64,000 nt of DNA from positions 7,502,001 to 7,566,000 of the forward strand of contig OZ024747.1 in the NCBI GenBank assembly GCA_964016885.1. Direction: 5' to 3'. The DNA is from Eledone cirrhosa (lineage: Eukaryota). Shown piece by piece: positions 1 to 11,964 of the stretch. A program made the translations under genes and the position numbers. Below the pieces are notes generated by a model. That model had not been told where the DNA came from, made no database searches, and saw nothing but the letters and a program-made list of their open reading frames with translations. Position 1 is the stretch's first letter. Each line of letters opens with the position of its first letter.

Positions 1-539
1 ACATCTGCCGTTATGACTGCTCAATCAGGATTTATAAAACAGCAACAACAATAACAATAAGAAGAAGAAGAATAATGTCCTAATGAGGGAGATTTTATGT
101 TGCCGTCCGGCCTGCTAGAAATAGCAATCAAATTTATTTCAAACCATACTCTTTCATCTTTAAAAGGGGAAATACATATTGGTTAATGTAAGCTGAAATA
201 ATCTATGTCTGCAGACAAAACTGTCGCAGCTGGAATGTCTTTGATCATAGATCAGCTGGATAAGGGCTGACCTGCGGCTAGACAGCAATAACAAGAAAGA
301 CAGAAAGAAAGAAAATCCTGTTCCTTGTATGATATGAGTGTTAAATAAAGGTGGGGTGTGGGGTTCTGTGAATAAATAGAGATAGGAAGATACTGTCCTG
401 TGATGATCTGATCAATCTTGAATGAAGGGTAGGGAGGAGGGTGGGGGTAAAATAAGTGAGATAAAAAAAAGACATGACAGACGGAGATTAACGAAGGATT
501 ACTGTATATTGACTAGAGAAATGATGAAAGAAAAATAAC

Positions 540-1440
540 GGTTCCATCAACAAATATTCTTCTTCGTCTTCTTCTTGAGCGCTTGATGACATTCCAGTTG
601 CCAAGCGCAATCCCCCGCGGTCTTCCTTTGACACAAGACTATAAGCTCTGTCAAAGAGACAAGCTGAAGAAAGGCACGTCTGACAAACGGCGGCCAGAGC
701 TGATTACCATCTAGGAAACGCTAGAAATGTCTCGACTTCAGCGCATCATCAGCCTCATCAGTATGCCTAGTCCTCCGTGAGGCGAGTGTTGTCAGTAAAT
801 GGACCGCCTGTCCAGTGGAACGCGTGTCTTTCACAAAAGGCGAACGAGCAGACACTCCATTTCGGCCAGACGTGAACTGAGGCAAGGCATGGCGGTCAGA
901 CAATAATGGATGACGTAGGCATTCGTCACCTCCACCCGATCTTTCAGAGATAACTTCCTCTCAGCCCATTTCTGGGTGAAACATGCCATCTTGCTCGTTA
1001 CCCCATCCCAGTTCTTATTCTCCTGGAGATCTGGACCAAACCAGATCTCGAGCAATGTAACTGGTCTGTCTGTCCAGCATCCCAAAACACTGTTTGTTGG
1101 ACGGTATGGACTTGCCTCGCCAGGTGCCGAGTTATAGACCAAAACTATTTTTCTGGTTTATTTTCGCTCCTGTCACCACATACGGTACCGTCGTCCCCAA
1201 ATGCTGGCATGGATCTTCTGCATCCTGGCTTACGTGGGATGCACTCCGCCCCCAACGTCTCTAGTTTATGCAGAAGTGACTCTAGAGTCAGTACATACAG
1301 AAGAGACGAGAGAGGACTCGCGAGCAGGATAATGAAAGGTTTTGATAGGTAGCCATTTACTCTGACCACAGAGCAGCTGTCACTGTACATTGCAGTGATC
1401 CATTCCCTGAAGATGGGACTGAAACCGGCTGTCTTTAGAA
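540..1440 (-). mobile_element. Degenerate L1/Tx1-type non-LTR retrotransposon RT fragment
   Basis: Broken frames give ...SPLSSLLYVLTLESLLHKL...AFGDD (RT motifs B/C) and KNWDGVTSK...WAERKLSLKDRVEVTNAY, typical of the post-RT region of L1/Tx1 ORF2; multiple frameshifts. Boundaries approximate. Confidence 0.7.
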
Positions 1441-2069
1441 TACTAAAGTAACAGGCATCGACACTCTAATAGTTCTGTTAATGGGCTACAGTTTTAAAGT
1501 TCTTAACTGTATACTAAACCAACTAGCAGGACTAGACAGGAAAATAATGACTACATATAGAATAAATCATTTAGAATTAGATTATATTTACCATGAACAC
1601 AGGAGGAGGGTAGGAGATTTATACAACTAGAAAACTATTGTAAAATACTTAGTGAAGAATAATAGAAAGTTAATACAAATAACTACGAAGCATAAACAAA
1701 ACAAAAAACTGTTTTTTGACTTCAATGAAGCCAATAAGTACAAAACAAACAAACAATAAATCCTACAAAAGTCTGTATCGCCAGAAGCAAATATTCTAGG
1801 AAAAGGAGGACAGTCTAAATAAATAAGGCAGAGCGACATAAACGGACGCGAGAGGAATACAAGTATATTTTAAATGAAAACTACTTTTCTATTCTACATG
1901 TAAAAAATATTAGACGACAATATCCTCGTATAAAATTTGGTGAGAAAATAACACTTATCTAAAGATGGTGTTGGACCCCAGTAAACCAACTTGAGACGAT
2001 GAAGTCTTAAAGCCAAAAATACACAAGAAAACAAAATAGAATACGTAAAAGCAACAACAAAATACCAGC

Positions 2070-2381
2070 CGCAACCTGGTGCAGTCTGCGACTAACCCAG
2101 GTTCTGCTGCACGTCGGGCTGAGGAGGACAAACTCTCCAAATACCGGTCGCTCTCCGACAGGTTTGCGATTGTACCCTTGGCAGTAGAGACTTCTGGTGT
2201 CCTCGGTCCTAGGGCTGCCTTCCTACTCACCACCTTAGGCGCTGAGCTGGCCAGCCGCAGGTGTGAGCCTCGCGAGCTGGAATGGCTTTTCCAGCGCGTC
2301 TCCCTTGCCGTCCCCCGGGGAAACGCCTTCTCTATTCTGTCTGCCGGGGCTGTGGGGGAGGCCACCGATATGATTGACTGA
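2070..2381 (+). mobile_element. 3' fragment of CRE-clade non-LTR retrotransposon (restriction-like endonuclease C-terminus)
   Basis: GSAARRAEEDKLSKY...PLAVETSGVLG...LFQRVSLAVPRGNAFSIL matches the K..KY / P.A.ET.G / QR.S....RGNA signature of CRE-type RLE domains; GC-rich island in AT-rich DNA. Confidence 0.75.
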
Positions 2382-2490
2382 CTTGTCATTTTATCAGTCA
2401 GATGTTTTTAGACATTTAATTAGCTTACTTCGTGATAATACATACTTTCTCTGGTGTTTGCAATTTAACATAACTACACTACAAATAACG

Positions 2491-2706
2491 GTTTCTTATA
2501 TAGGCAAAAAGCCAGCAATTTGGGGGGAGGGGGAAAGTCGATTAAATCGACCCAGTGCATAACTGGTACTTTATTTTATCGACCCCGTAAGAATGAAAGG
2601 CAACATTAACCTCTGAAGGATTTGAACTCAGATCATAAAGAGCCGTAAACCTATGCTGCAAAGCATGGCGTCCGACCCTCTACCGATACAGTCAATCCAC
2701 CGCCTT
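2491..2706 (-). mobile_element. tRNA-derived SINE (main family)
   Basis: Minus strand reads GGCGGTGGATTG... A-box-like head, GAGTTCAAATCC B box, then conserved CCTTTCATNCTTACGGGGTCGATAAAATAAAGTACCAG body shared with many copies in the window. Confidence 0.8.
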
Positions 2707-3311
2707 ACTACAGTACAAATAACGAACACAAAACAAAGAGTAAAAATATACCAAGAAGATAAGCCTAGCATGTGTAAAACATACAAAGTAAAAAACAAAC
2801 CGTATCAAAACTAAACCAGCGATCAACTACAGAATATTGTTCAACAAAAGTCCATCCTTAACAATACAAACAAGAATATAAATAAAAGGGCTGTGTATGT
2901 GTGTGTGTGTGGGGGGGGGGGGACATTACGTATCATTCTACTGAATCATTTTGATTATTCAACCTTGTATTCCTCTTCGTTTTTACTCTGCTTTCTCTTT
3001 CTATATTTCTATTATATTCAATTTCAGTTTAAAAGTGGAAATAATGAAAACATTAAGGTCAGTAGAAGACTCTCATATGGACTGAGGAAATGATTTCAGA
3101 AAGATAATATTCAACGTTAAAACAGCAACTAGAATAAATCCCCTGGACATCGTAAAGTTGATGAAATCAGACATAAATACCAATATAAACTGACTAAACG
3201 AAGTAATATGTGCTACAAAGGAAAGTAGGTAGACTTTGAGATCTACACATATATGAATAGCAAAACACAAACAAACAATATGGAAAACAAACATATAGAA
3301 AAGTATAGAGA

Positions 3312-3493
3312 ATTGTTTCTACTTTTGGCACAAGGCCAGCAATTATTCCAGTGCATTACTGGTACTTTATTTTATCGACCCCATAAGGATGAAAGGCAAA
3401 GTTAACCTCGGCGGGATTTGAAATTAGACCGCAAAGGGCCGTAACTCTATGCTGCAAAGCATGGTGTCCGACCTTCTACCAATACTGCCAACT
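3312..3493 (-). mobile_element. tRNA-derived SINE (main family)
   Basis: Highly similar to copies at 16216, 39510 and 47003. Confidence 0.8.
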
Positions 3494-3834
3494 ATTTTTT
3501 CAATACTTAACGAAATCAATAACGAAATGATAAACTTGAGGGAGAAAAAGAAAAAAAAAACGAATACTACAGAAGTATATATAAAAAAAAAAAAGAAATG
3601 AAAGGATGCTTGAAACAAAGAAATTCTCGCTAAATCTCAAAGGATCCGACAATATATAAAGCGATAACTATTCTTTCAACCAAACGAGAAGTCCTCAAGA
3701 CTATGTTCTACGTTTTAACGACTTTCCCATTTCACCATTTCCAACAATCTCGTCCGTGGTGATTCTTTTGTTGTTGTTTCTGCCTTAATTTTTTTATCTT
3801 ATTTTTCCCCGTTCTTGATAAAACTATTTCATCT

Positions 3835-3936
3835 TTATGGGTCGATAAAATAAGGTACCAGTAACGTACTGAGGTCGATTCAATCGACTTTCCCTTCTCC
3901 CCAAATTGTTGACCTTGTGCCTAAATCAGAAACCAT
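3835..3936 (+). mobile_element. SINE 3' fragment
   Basis: GGGGTCGATAAAATAAGGTACCAGTAA...GTGCCTAAATCAGAAAC; similar plus-strand fragments at about 5738-5862 and 7060-7170. Confidence 0.65.
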
Positions 3937-4832
3937 TATGTTTATAGAATCCTCCCACCAAATGGTTGAAAGTCAAATTACTCCCCCTCAGTCTTTTTTA
4001 TACATATGCAAGATTTGTTTTTTGTCCAGCTGGAAACAAAACTAAATACTGTAAAGTATTTTGGTCCTCCACATTACCGTTTCTATCCTCTCTCTCTTAC
4101 ACCCCCCCCCCCACACACACACATTCACTGAGCAGTCAGTTCAATTCAGTTCAACGAACAAGTGGAATACTTAGCGAAACTGATGTCAGATCCAGTTACG
4201 TTTATTTACTTATTTAATACACACTTAAACACATAATTATCTCTGAAGGCCACACACCCTAGATGTGTGAAAACATATACGGAACCATAAACCTCTTGGG
4301 ATATATGTGGTCTATCACATTGCCCACTTATCGTAAAAAAGGTTAAAGCCATCCAATCGAGATACAAGCAGACAGTCTGAAGCAGCGTAAACAGGCAACT
4401 TAATAAAATGTTATTCCTGCAAACAAGTATCTCAGAGATCATTGTAATTATGAAATGTAACTCGGACAAAAATTTCACACAACAACTAGAAAAACTAGAG
4501 AGGCGATAATAAGAAGACATATGTAGCGAAATTATCCCAGGGTTAAATCTACTGATACGAAATGGTGGTGTGTCTTTGAATTTTGTTTATTCATCAGCCT
4601 AAACAAAAATAGTTATGATGACATCGATGAATGTAGCTATGGTGATACCTGGAGGTATATAAGCCAAGTCTTTCCTTTCAATTCTAGCAGTTCTCAGACA
4701 CTGGACAAGAGACTTTGGTTGTGGCAGACAGTCGCAATAGTCGGCACTGTCACAGCAAAGTCATCCCCGTATTCACACATCCTTCGATTTCTCAGTAATA
4801 CATCTTGTTGACAAATTCTACTTCATCTAAAC

Positions 4833-5123
4833 TAGTCATGGACAACCTGCGGCCCGCGAAGCTTTCTGAATGGTTCACCTAAGTCACCTAAGTGAAATCT
4901 TTCTGATTTTTTTACCCCAACTTTTCAGTCGTAACTTATCTTGCTATCGTTTTTACGATCGAGGAAAACAACATGTACGAATTCTGAAGAAACAAATCAA
5001 AACAACTTGAGTTACCACCCTTTTTTTAATGTGGGCACGAATGTTAATTAGCGCTTGCGGCCTTGCCTGATGATGAGCCATATCTCATGCGGCCGGCTTC
5101 TCGAAAAAGGTTGCCCATGCCTG
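4833..5123. mobile_element. hAT-type MITE
   Basis: Imperfect TIRs TAGTCATGGACAACCT / AGGTTGCCCATGCCTG, 8-bp TSD ATCTAAAC/ATCTAAAT; second copy at 37774-38064. Confidence 0.8.
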
Positions 5124-6014
5124 ATCTAAATACATATATATATCAACAAAAATACTCTACATTTTACCAGCGTGTTAACGAAAACACACTTTTTATTTCA
5201 TATTCCTGTTTGTGGTTTTATTTACACATGATTTCGTCGGATTGCACGGAAAGAAATAAACATCAAAATTATCAATTTTGTTTCCTTGTTGGTCTGTATC
5301 AATACTTTGGCGTAGTAGCTTTCCCCATATCAATTTCACATTACAAACATCGATCATTTCAACCACACATCCGCAACTAACGGTCACATCGACCGCCATC
5401 GATCTAACAAGTCAACCAAACAACAATCCTGCTAAACATTTATTGATCATTGATGTGGAAGCAGCAAATCCAACACTCAAAATATATTTTCAGCGTTATA
5501 TCATTAATATTAGAGCATCGAAATATGTACGAGCTCAGCTGAGCTTGTATTACTGGAAAAATATAACACCGCCTCATAATTCATATGCAACAGATGTAGT
5601 GAGAAACATAAAACGAAGTTCCATAACTCGTGCGTAACAGATGTGGAAAAAGTAAAGAGAACTCCATAATTCATACGCAACATATGATCATGTTATCTGG
5701 GGTAATACAAATCTGCAAGACCTTAGAATTATTATTAGCTTTGCCTTTCATCCTTACGTGATCGTAAAAATAAAACACCAGTAATGCACTGGGGTCGATT
5801 TAATTGACATTCCCCTCCCTCCTCCAAAAATTACTGGCCTGGTGCCTAAATCTGAAACCATTATTTTTTTTATTAATATTTGATTCTAATCTTTTTAGAT
5901 TTGCTTCGAGATTTCTCGAGAATTTTCAGGTGTAACAGGAGACTGTTTCATTTTGGGATTAATATCACACATTTATTGGAAGTCAGTCTCGTATGATAAG
6001 GTGGGTTTTTAAGC

Positions 6015-6049
<35 letters not shown>

Positions 6050-6649
6050 GAACATTAATTACAGAAATGGCAGTGCCGCACCCCCACCCCACCCCGAAAG
6101 AATACTCTCGAACAAAATAATATGGCGCCAAAACAGAATAAAACAAAAACTGAAGAAAATATTCGCGAACAGACATTTTCTAATTGCAGAAAATGTTTTT
6201 TTTTTAATGACATTTTACTTTAAAAAATAAATAATATTAAATAAAGTAAAATTACAACACGTTAAACGACGGCGGTGGATAGGATGACAACGATAGCAGC
6301 AAGAACAACAACAACAACAACTGCAGCAACAGCAGCAACAACAACAACAGCAGTAGCAGTATTTACATGTACACACGTACTTTGTGTAATGAAAATGTTT
6401 CGAATCCAATTCAAAATACACGGTTTCAAATTATTCTTTCAAACAAGAAAATCCTAGATATAAAACATTTGACCGATAGAAGATAACAGCATTACATCTC
6501 CATAAGACGGGTGTCTATCAACTAGATCTTGTATGGAAACATGAGAGAAGGAAGGTTGACATTCCTGTGCCTTGCCAAGGCCACAGGAATCTTTCTATTT
6601 CGCCAGGTATACCATGACGTATTTGATATTCATCACAGATAAGTCTTTG

Positions 6650-7050
6650 ATGGCATTACGAATGATGGCAGATACAAGTTTAAATAGGGTAGGTATTCAA
6701 TTTGATAACTGGACAAAGACTGGGAAGAGGTCGTGAATTGAGTAGGATCCAGTCTCACTTAGAAATGGGCCGAGAGAAAGATGTCCCTGTAGGGTCAGGC
6801 TAAAGTGGCGGATACTTGCATTGTTTCGGTGGTATACTATTGCCAGAGCGTCGTGCCTTGTCCCAAGAAACATTTGACTGGTTTCGAACGCATACTCTTT
6901 CGTTTCTTGTGACAGGGACAAGTTCCGTTGGTCAGGAAATCCCTGCTGCCTACACCTACTCCGTGGTGGTCTCCGGATGCCGTTACTGATGGTACGTAGA
7001 CGTGCACTGAGGTCGACGCACATACAGATATACCTGAACTGCTGTCGGGG
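6650..7050 (+). mobile_element. Degenerate L1/Tx1-type fragment, same family as 540-1440
   Basis: DKDWEEV...KWAERKMSL*GQAKVADTCI homologous to the minus-strand copy at 900-1050; a third small piece lies at about 26590-26790. Confidence 0.6.
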
Positions 7051-7179
7051 ACAACTTTGCTTTTTTATCTTTTCATGGTCCATAAAATAAAGTACCAGTA
7101 ACGCATTGGGGTCGATATAATCAACTTTCCCTCTACCCCAAAATTACTGGTTTGTGCCAAATGTAGAAATAATTATAAT

Positions 7180-7218
<39 letters not shown>

Positions 7219-7959
7219 ACCACCATTATACTGCCATTACAACTACTATTACTACAACCACTATTATCATCACCATTATTGTTATTGTTGTTATTGTTGT
7301 TGGTGGTGATACTGGTGGTGGTAGTGGTGATGGTGAATGAATTTTCTAGCTGTAATAAGAAAAGATATGACATGGAGAAGAAAGAAGAAAGGGAAAAGGA
7401 TGAGGAGACAGATAAGGAAAGGAGAATTTAACAAAAAATTTATATAATAGGTATTAACAATCAAAAGAAATTTAGAGTTTCATTAACAAAAATGTTAATG
7501 AAAAGGGGAAAACAACTTCAAACAAACATGGCTGCCGTTTTGATGTATATGTTGTAACCTGACCGGAAGTATGTTTAGATTATGTTTTTTCTTAATATAT
7601 CGGTGTGTGATGTTAACGATGTACATATGAAGGAAGACAAGATGAAAGTGACTGAAGAGAAAGGGGAATCAGAGACTTTAGATTTATGTATAACACCCAC
7701 CTACTACTATCCCAGCTGTCAATTCATTCTTACGATAAAGGGGGCACACACAAAAAGGAAACTCAGAGATAAACTGCGAAAAAACCTTGAGCTATATTTA
7801 CGAGGCGTGAGAATAGGGGTAAATCAAAATATCGGATGTGGGTTAAATATATTTAGATTACGAGTGGGACGTTATCGCAAAGTGACAATTGCCAGGCACA
7901 AACACACACACACATTTATATGTATATATATTACATATATATTTATATACATATACACA

Positions 7960-7990
<31 letters not shown>

Positions 7991-7994
7991 CTAT

Positions 7995-10900
7995 CTAAGG
8001 CGGGTAAAATTCCCGAGATCCATGGACGAGTTCTCTCCAGCGGTCTCTGTCCCTCATTATCGCTGCCATGTCCTGCGTCTCCAACAGACCAGTGTCTGTC
8101 CTTAGGGCATCAACATATGTTAACCTTGGTCTTCCTCTTCCAGTGTGTCCATGTAGGGGCTCCCAAAGGAGCACGGAGTGCAATGTCAACTCTGGATGTC
8201 GGTGAGCATGTCCAGCCAACCTCAGTCTCCTCTGTGTCACTTTTGAGCTGACTTTTGGGAGGCTCCCATACAGCTCTGAGTTTTTCATCCTCAGTGTATA
8301 CTGATTAATGTTCAGAGCCATCCTCAGCATTCTCGTGTAGCACCCATCCACCATCTGAGTGAGTCTCTTGGTCAGTGTCCAAGTCTCAGACCCATACAGC
8401 AGCACAGACTCCACTACAGCAATGAAGAGGCGGATTTTCAGGTCTCCACGAAGGTCCGACTTCCACACCGATCTCAAGCTGTGGCACGCCGCCCAGGCCT
8501 TGCTCTTCCTCTCAACCACATCATCTTCCGTATTCCCAATCTTTGCTCCCAAATACAGGAAGTCCTCAACCAATTCCAGCGGCTTCCCGCCTACATTAGT
8601 GATCCCCTCTGGCTTCTCAACATTCTCTACCAGATATTTTGTTTTAGTCTCATTCATTCTCAGCCCCACACTCATCGACACAGTCTCAACCTCCCGCATC
8701 AAATCCTCTGCCTCCTTCACTGTATTTGTCACCAAAACTATGTCGTCGGCAAATTCAGCATCCGATACCTTTTTCGCCCCAACTCTCCTGCTCCGAGCCG
8801 GTGCTACAGTAAAGCCAGAGTCCTGGTGTTTCTCCAGTGCAAGGCGCATACAATAGTCCACTACGATGATAAAAAGGTAGGGAGCCAATGTATCTCCCTG
8901 GAGCACTCCAGCCAGTATCTCAAAGAACTCTGTCATCCCATCAGGTGTAATGACTTGGGCTTTGGTGTTGGTGTAGAGCAGTGATATCAGGTCCACTATC
9001 CTCTTGGGGATTCCATAAGCCTGTAAGATCTTCATCAGGCAGTAACGGTCCACAGAATCAAAGGCCTTCCTAAAGTCAATGAAAACCATGACCGCAGGAA
9101 GGCACTTTGCTCTAGCTCCCTCTAATATCCTCCTCAGCATCAGGATGTGACTGGTGGTTGATCTACCCTCTCTGAAGCCGTTCTGGTTGTCCCTGAGCTT
9201 CTTCTCCATCTCAGGCTGGATCCTGTTAAGAATCATCCTGTTGAGGGTCTTTGCCACAAGTGACGTCAGTGAGATCCCCCGGTAGTTGTTGGTGTTAGAG
9301 AGATCTCCCTTCTTTGGCACTGGGACGATGTTACTGATCCTCCACTGATTCGGGGCAACTCCTTTCTCCAGTGCCCCGTTACAGAACCCCAGGATGATAT
9401 CATCAAAATCACACCACTTCATCACCTCTGATGCTACTCCATCTTCTCCATGAGCCTTGCCCTCCTTGATCTTCTTCTTGGCTCTCTGAAGCTCCTCTCT
9501 GGTGAAGGGCTCTGTCTCAACATCCAGTTCCTCAAACAGCCGCCTGATCTCCCCAGTGCTCTGGGCTGTGGAGGGTGGCTCTCCTAGTAGGGTCCTAAAA
9601 TGGTCTAGCCATTTCCTCTTCCTATCCTCGGGCCCCGTTCCCTGGATCTGACTCGAACACCTTTTCTTCCTCCCTGTGATCTCGTTGATGATCATCCAGC
9701 TCTCCTTACATCCAGATCTGTCAACCGCTCTCTCCACACTTCTGATCTTCTCTATCAGTGCCTCCTCTCTGACCTCAGTGTAAGCGGTACAGAGCTCTTC
9801 CCTCATCACCTCCACAGTCTCCATCCTCTCCTCCGTAGGATCAGCATAGAATTGGTCCCTGGCAGCTTTCAGGTGTTCTCTGGCTGCACACACTTTTGGG
9901 TCTGCAGAGCTGACGTGCTTCCCTTTGTTCTTTTTCCTCGGCACCAGGGTTTCACTTGCTTTCGCCACTGCATTGGTGAAGTGCCCGTACCTCCTCGTCA
10001 CACTCTCCTCAGTCCATCCAATCTCTCTCTCCTCTGACTCTCCACACAGAGCACTAAACCTGTTTCTCACTTCCACTGTGAACCTCTCCTGTAGCTTATC
10101 ATCTTCCTTGAAAGCTCCCCAGTCATAGATTGTTCTCCGGGGCTGAGCCTTGCTCTTTCTTAAGCTCACGCGGACCTCACTCATAACAAGCCGGTGGTCA
10201 CTACCCAGTGTACTGAAATAGCTGTATGGTTCCGTGTTCAGAACACTATTCCGCCACTTTTTCCTCACCAGAATGAAATCAATCTGGGACTTGGACAGGT
10301 GCATATCTGAGATGTAGGTCCACATCTTCCCCAGATTCTTCCTAAACCTTAGGTTGGTCGCCATCAAGTTCGCCTCCAGCAGGGTGTCTCTCAGTAGTCT
10401 TCCATTTCGGTTGGTGTTGTTATGGAAGTACCAGCAAGGATCTTCACTGCCCTCCTTACTCAGATGTGCACTGAAGTCCCCCAAAACAAGCAGGATATTG
10501 TGTGCCTGAGTGGTGTTGACAGCTCTACACACTTCCTCATGGAACTCCTCGGCATTCACATCACTGTCCCCCTCGGTTGGACTATAGGCTGAGATGACTG
10601 TCAGTCTTGGGTTTCCATTGAAGGTCACCCTCAACACTCGCGGGGAGATAGGCATTATTTCCCTCACCAACAGATTGGTTTTTGCACTGAACACAAAACC
10701 CACTCCTCCTACTGCAGCATTTGTTGTGTTCTTCACTGCCGATGTAGTGATGAGCTGGCTCTTCCTCCCGATCATCACACTCCTCACGGGCTCATCGTGT
10801 AGAATCCTGTGTTCTTGGATCGCAAGTATCTGTATACCACTCTCCTCGAACAGATGTCCCAACTCCTCTCTCTTCTCCAGCGTTCGAATAGTCCTCACAT

Positions 10901-11090
10901 TCAAAGTGCCCATTTTGATGGCTCTTCTGCAGGACAAAACTGCATTCTTTATATTTGTCTCAGAGACAGCTGATCCATCATCGACTGGCCCTCTCTGTGG
11001 CTCTAAGCCAGCAGAGTCATAACGACCAGGCTGCTCCTTGACAGTGTAATTAGGGGCTCTAACCCTAGTGCTGTTAGATCGACTCTCCAT
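7995..11090 (-). CDS. RTE LINE ORF: AP endonuclease plus reverse transcriptase (1031 aa from the first ATG; frame open from 11129)
   Basis: APE motifs GTLNVRT, IQEHR, YSPT, GDFSA, IDFIL, SDH; RT motifs PKKGD, YRGISL, QNGFR, FIDFRKAFDSV, GVLQGDTLAPYLF, FADD, YLG; RTE C-terminus LLYGSETW...RRLRLAGH...GRP...W. No stops or frameshifts. Confidence 0.95.
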   Translation of the reverse strand: MESRSNSTRVRAPNYTVKEQPGRYDSAGLEPQRGPVDDGSAVSETNIKNAVLSCRRAIKMGTLNVRTIRTLEKREELGHLFEESGIQILAIQEHRILHDEPVRSVMIGRKSQLITTSAVKNTTNAAVGGVGFVFSAKTNLLVREIMPISPRVLRVTFNGNPRLTVISAYSPTEGDSDVNAEEFHEEVCRAVNTTQAHNILLVLGDFSAHLSKEGSEDPCWYFHNNTNRNGRLLRDTLLEANLMATNLRFRKNLGKMWTYISDMHLSKSQIDFILVRKKWRNSVLNTEPYSYFSTLGSDHRLVMSEVRVSLRKSKAQPRRTIYDWGAFKEDDKLQERFTVEVRNRFSALCGESEEREIGWTEESVTRRYGHFTNAVAKASETLVPRKKNKGKHVSSADPKVCAAREHLKAARDQFYADPTEERMETVEVMREELCTAYTEVREEALIEKIRSVERAVDRSGCKESWMIINEITGRKKRCSSQIQGTGPEDRKRKWLDHFRTLLGEPPSTAQSTGEIRRLFEELDVETEPFTREELQRAKKKIKEGKAHGEDGVASEVMKWCDFDDIILGFCNGALEKGVAPNQWRISNIVPVPKKGDLSNTNNYRGISLTSLVAKTLNRMILNRIQPEMEKKLRDNQNGFREGRSTTSHILMLRRILEGARAKCLPAVMVFIDFRKAFDSVDRYCLMKILQAYGIPKRIVDLISLLYTNTKAQVITPDGMTEFFEILAGVLQGDTLAPYLFIIVVDYCMRLALEKHQDSGFTVAPARSRRVGAKKVSDAEFADDIVLVTNTVKEAEDLMREVETVSMSVGLRMNETKTKYLVENVEKPEGITNVGGKPLELVEDFLYLGAKIGNTEDDVVERKSKAWAACHSLRSVWKSDLRGDLKIRLFIAVVESVLLYGSETWTLTKRLTQMVDGCYTRMLRMALNINQYTLRMKNSELYGSLPKVSSKVTQRRLRLAGHAHRHPELTLHSVLLWEPLHGHTGRGRPRLTYVDALRTDTGLLETQDMAAIMRDRDRWRELVHGSREFYPP

Positions 11091-11290
11091 ATTTCTTTTC
11101 AATGGCTGACAATACCTTACCGGCGCCACTCGAATAAGGTAGTTATTTAACCCATAAATGGAGCCCTAACAGGTACTACCACCCCGGGCCAGGGCAGACC
11201 TGGGAGTCATGACAACTAAGGGGTAACTCCATATTCCCCACATCTCCTGAACTCCCGAACTGGAGCCTTGCCACTGGATGTAGTTTAATG

Positions 11291-11292
<2 letters not shown>
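7995..11292 (-). mobile_element. Full-length RTE-type LINE inserted in a (TA)-rich minisatellite
   Basis: About 200-nt 5' UTR plus one APE-RT ORF whose stop codon directly abuts (TA)n; both flanks carry the same TACATATATATTTATATACATATACAC unit. Confidence 0.9.
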
Positions 11293-11333
<41 letters not shown>

Positions 11334-11464
11334 CATATACACATATTTATATGTGTATATATATATATATATACATATATAACATATATATTTATATACA
11401 TATACACATATTTATATGTATATATATATATATTACATATATATTTATATACATATACACATAT

Positions 11465-11535
<71 letters not shown>

Positions 11536-11630
11536 CATATACACATATTTATATGTATATATATATACATATATAACATATATATTTATATACATATACA
11601 CATATTTATATGTATATATATATATATATA
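11293..11630. repeat. (TA)n-based compound minisatellite
   Basis: About five copies of TTTATATACATATACACATATTTATATG separated by variable (TA)n; the same unit occurs at about 7915-7965 and 12560-12605. Confidence 0.85.
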
Positions 11631-11919
11631 AAAACAAATAACGAAACGAAATTAAATTTCGTTTCGCTTCTAACTCACTTTTGTATGACTGACGCTTAAA
11701 CAATTAAGTTAAAGTGTACATCTACATATGTATACGGAAGTATTAGTATGCATATAAATACACACATGTATACATATGTACATGTACTGAGTTTTTCACT
11801 AGACACTTTACAGTGAGTGTCAGCTAGTCTGTATGTAACCACACAGACGGACCGGGTTTTAGAGTCATACGAGTTTTCAAGGAAACACATTTCCTCTATT
11901 CTCCAGAGGGCCAGACAGG

Positions 11920-11964
11920 AATATTGGACTAGTTTCGATGTTATTACATCTCATCAGCAATATT
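11920..11964 (-). ncRNA. Minimal type I hammerhead ribozyme (family A)
   Basis: Exact reverse complement of the 12282-12326 motif. Confidence 0.88.

Noticed and set aside
5067-5110. CTGATGA...GAAA inside the hAT MITE (also at about 38008)
   Set aside because: The small TGAG/CTCA hairpin is not followed directly by GAAA and no stems I or III form; not a hammerhead.
5385-5430. Minus-strand AG followed by DCCLVDLLDRWRSM*, considered as HOPX exon 2
   Set aside because: It lacks the invariant WF of helix 3 and has a weak acceptor.
6561-6590. 30-bp imperfect hairpin ATTCCTGTG...CACAGGAAT
   Set aside because: Isolated and short, with no ribozyme core or second copy.
8359-11022. Plus-strand ORFs overlapping the RTE ORF
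   Set aside because: Antisense shadow frames of a GC-richer coding sequence, with no independent motifs.
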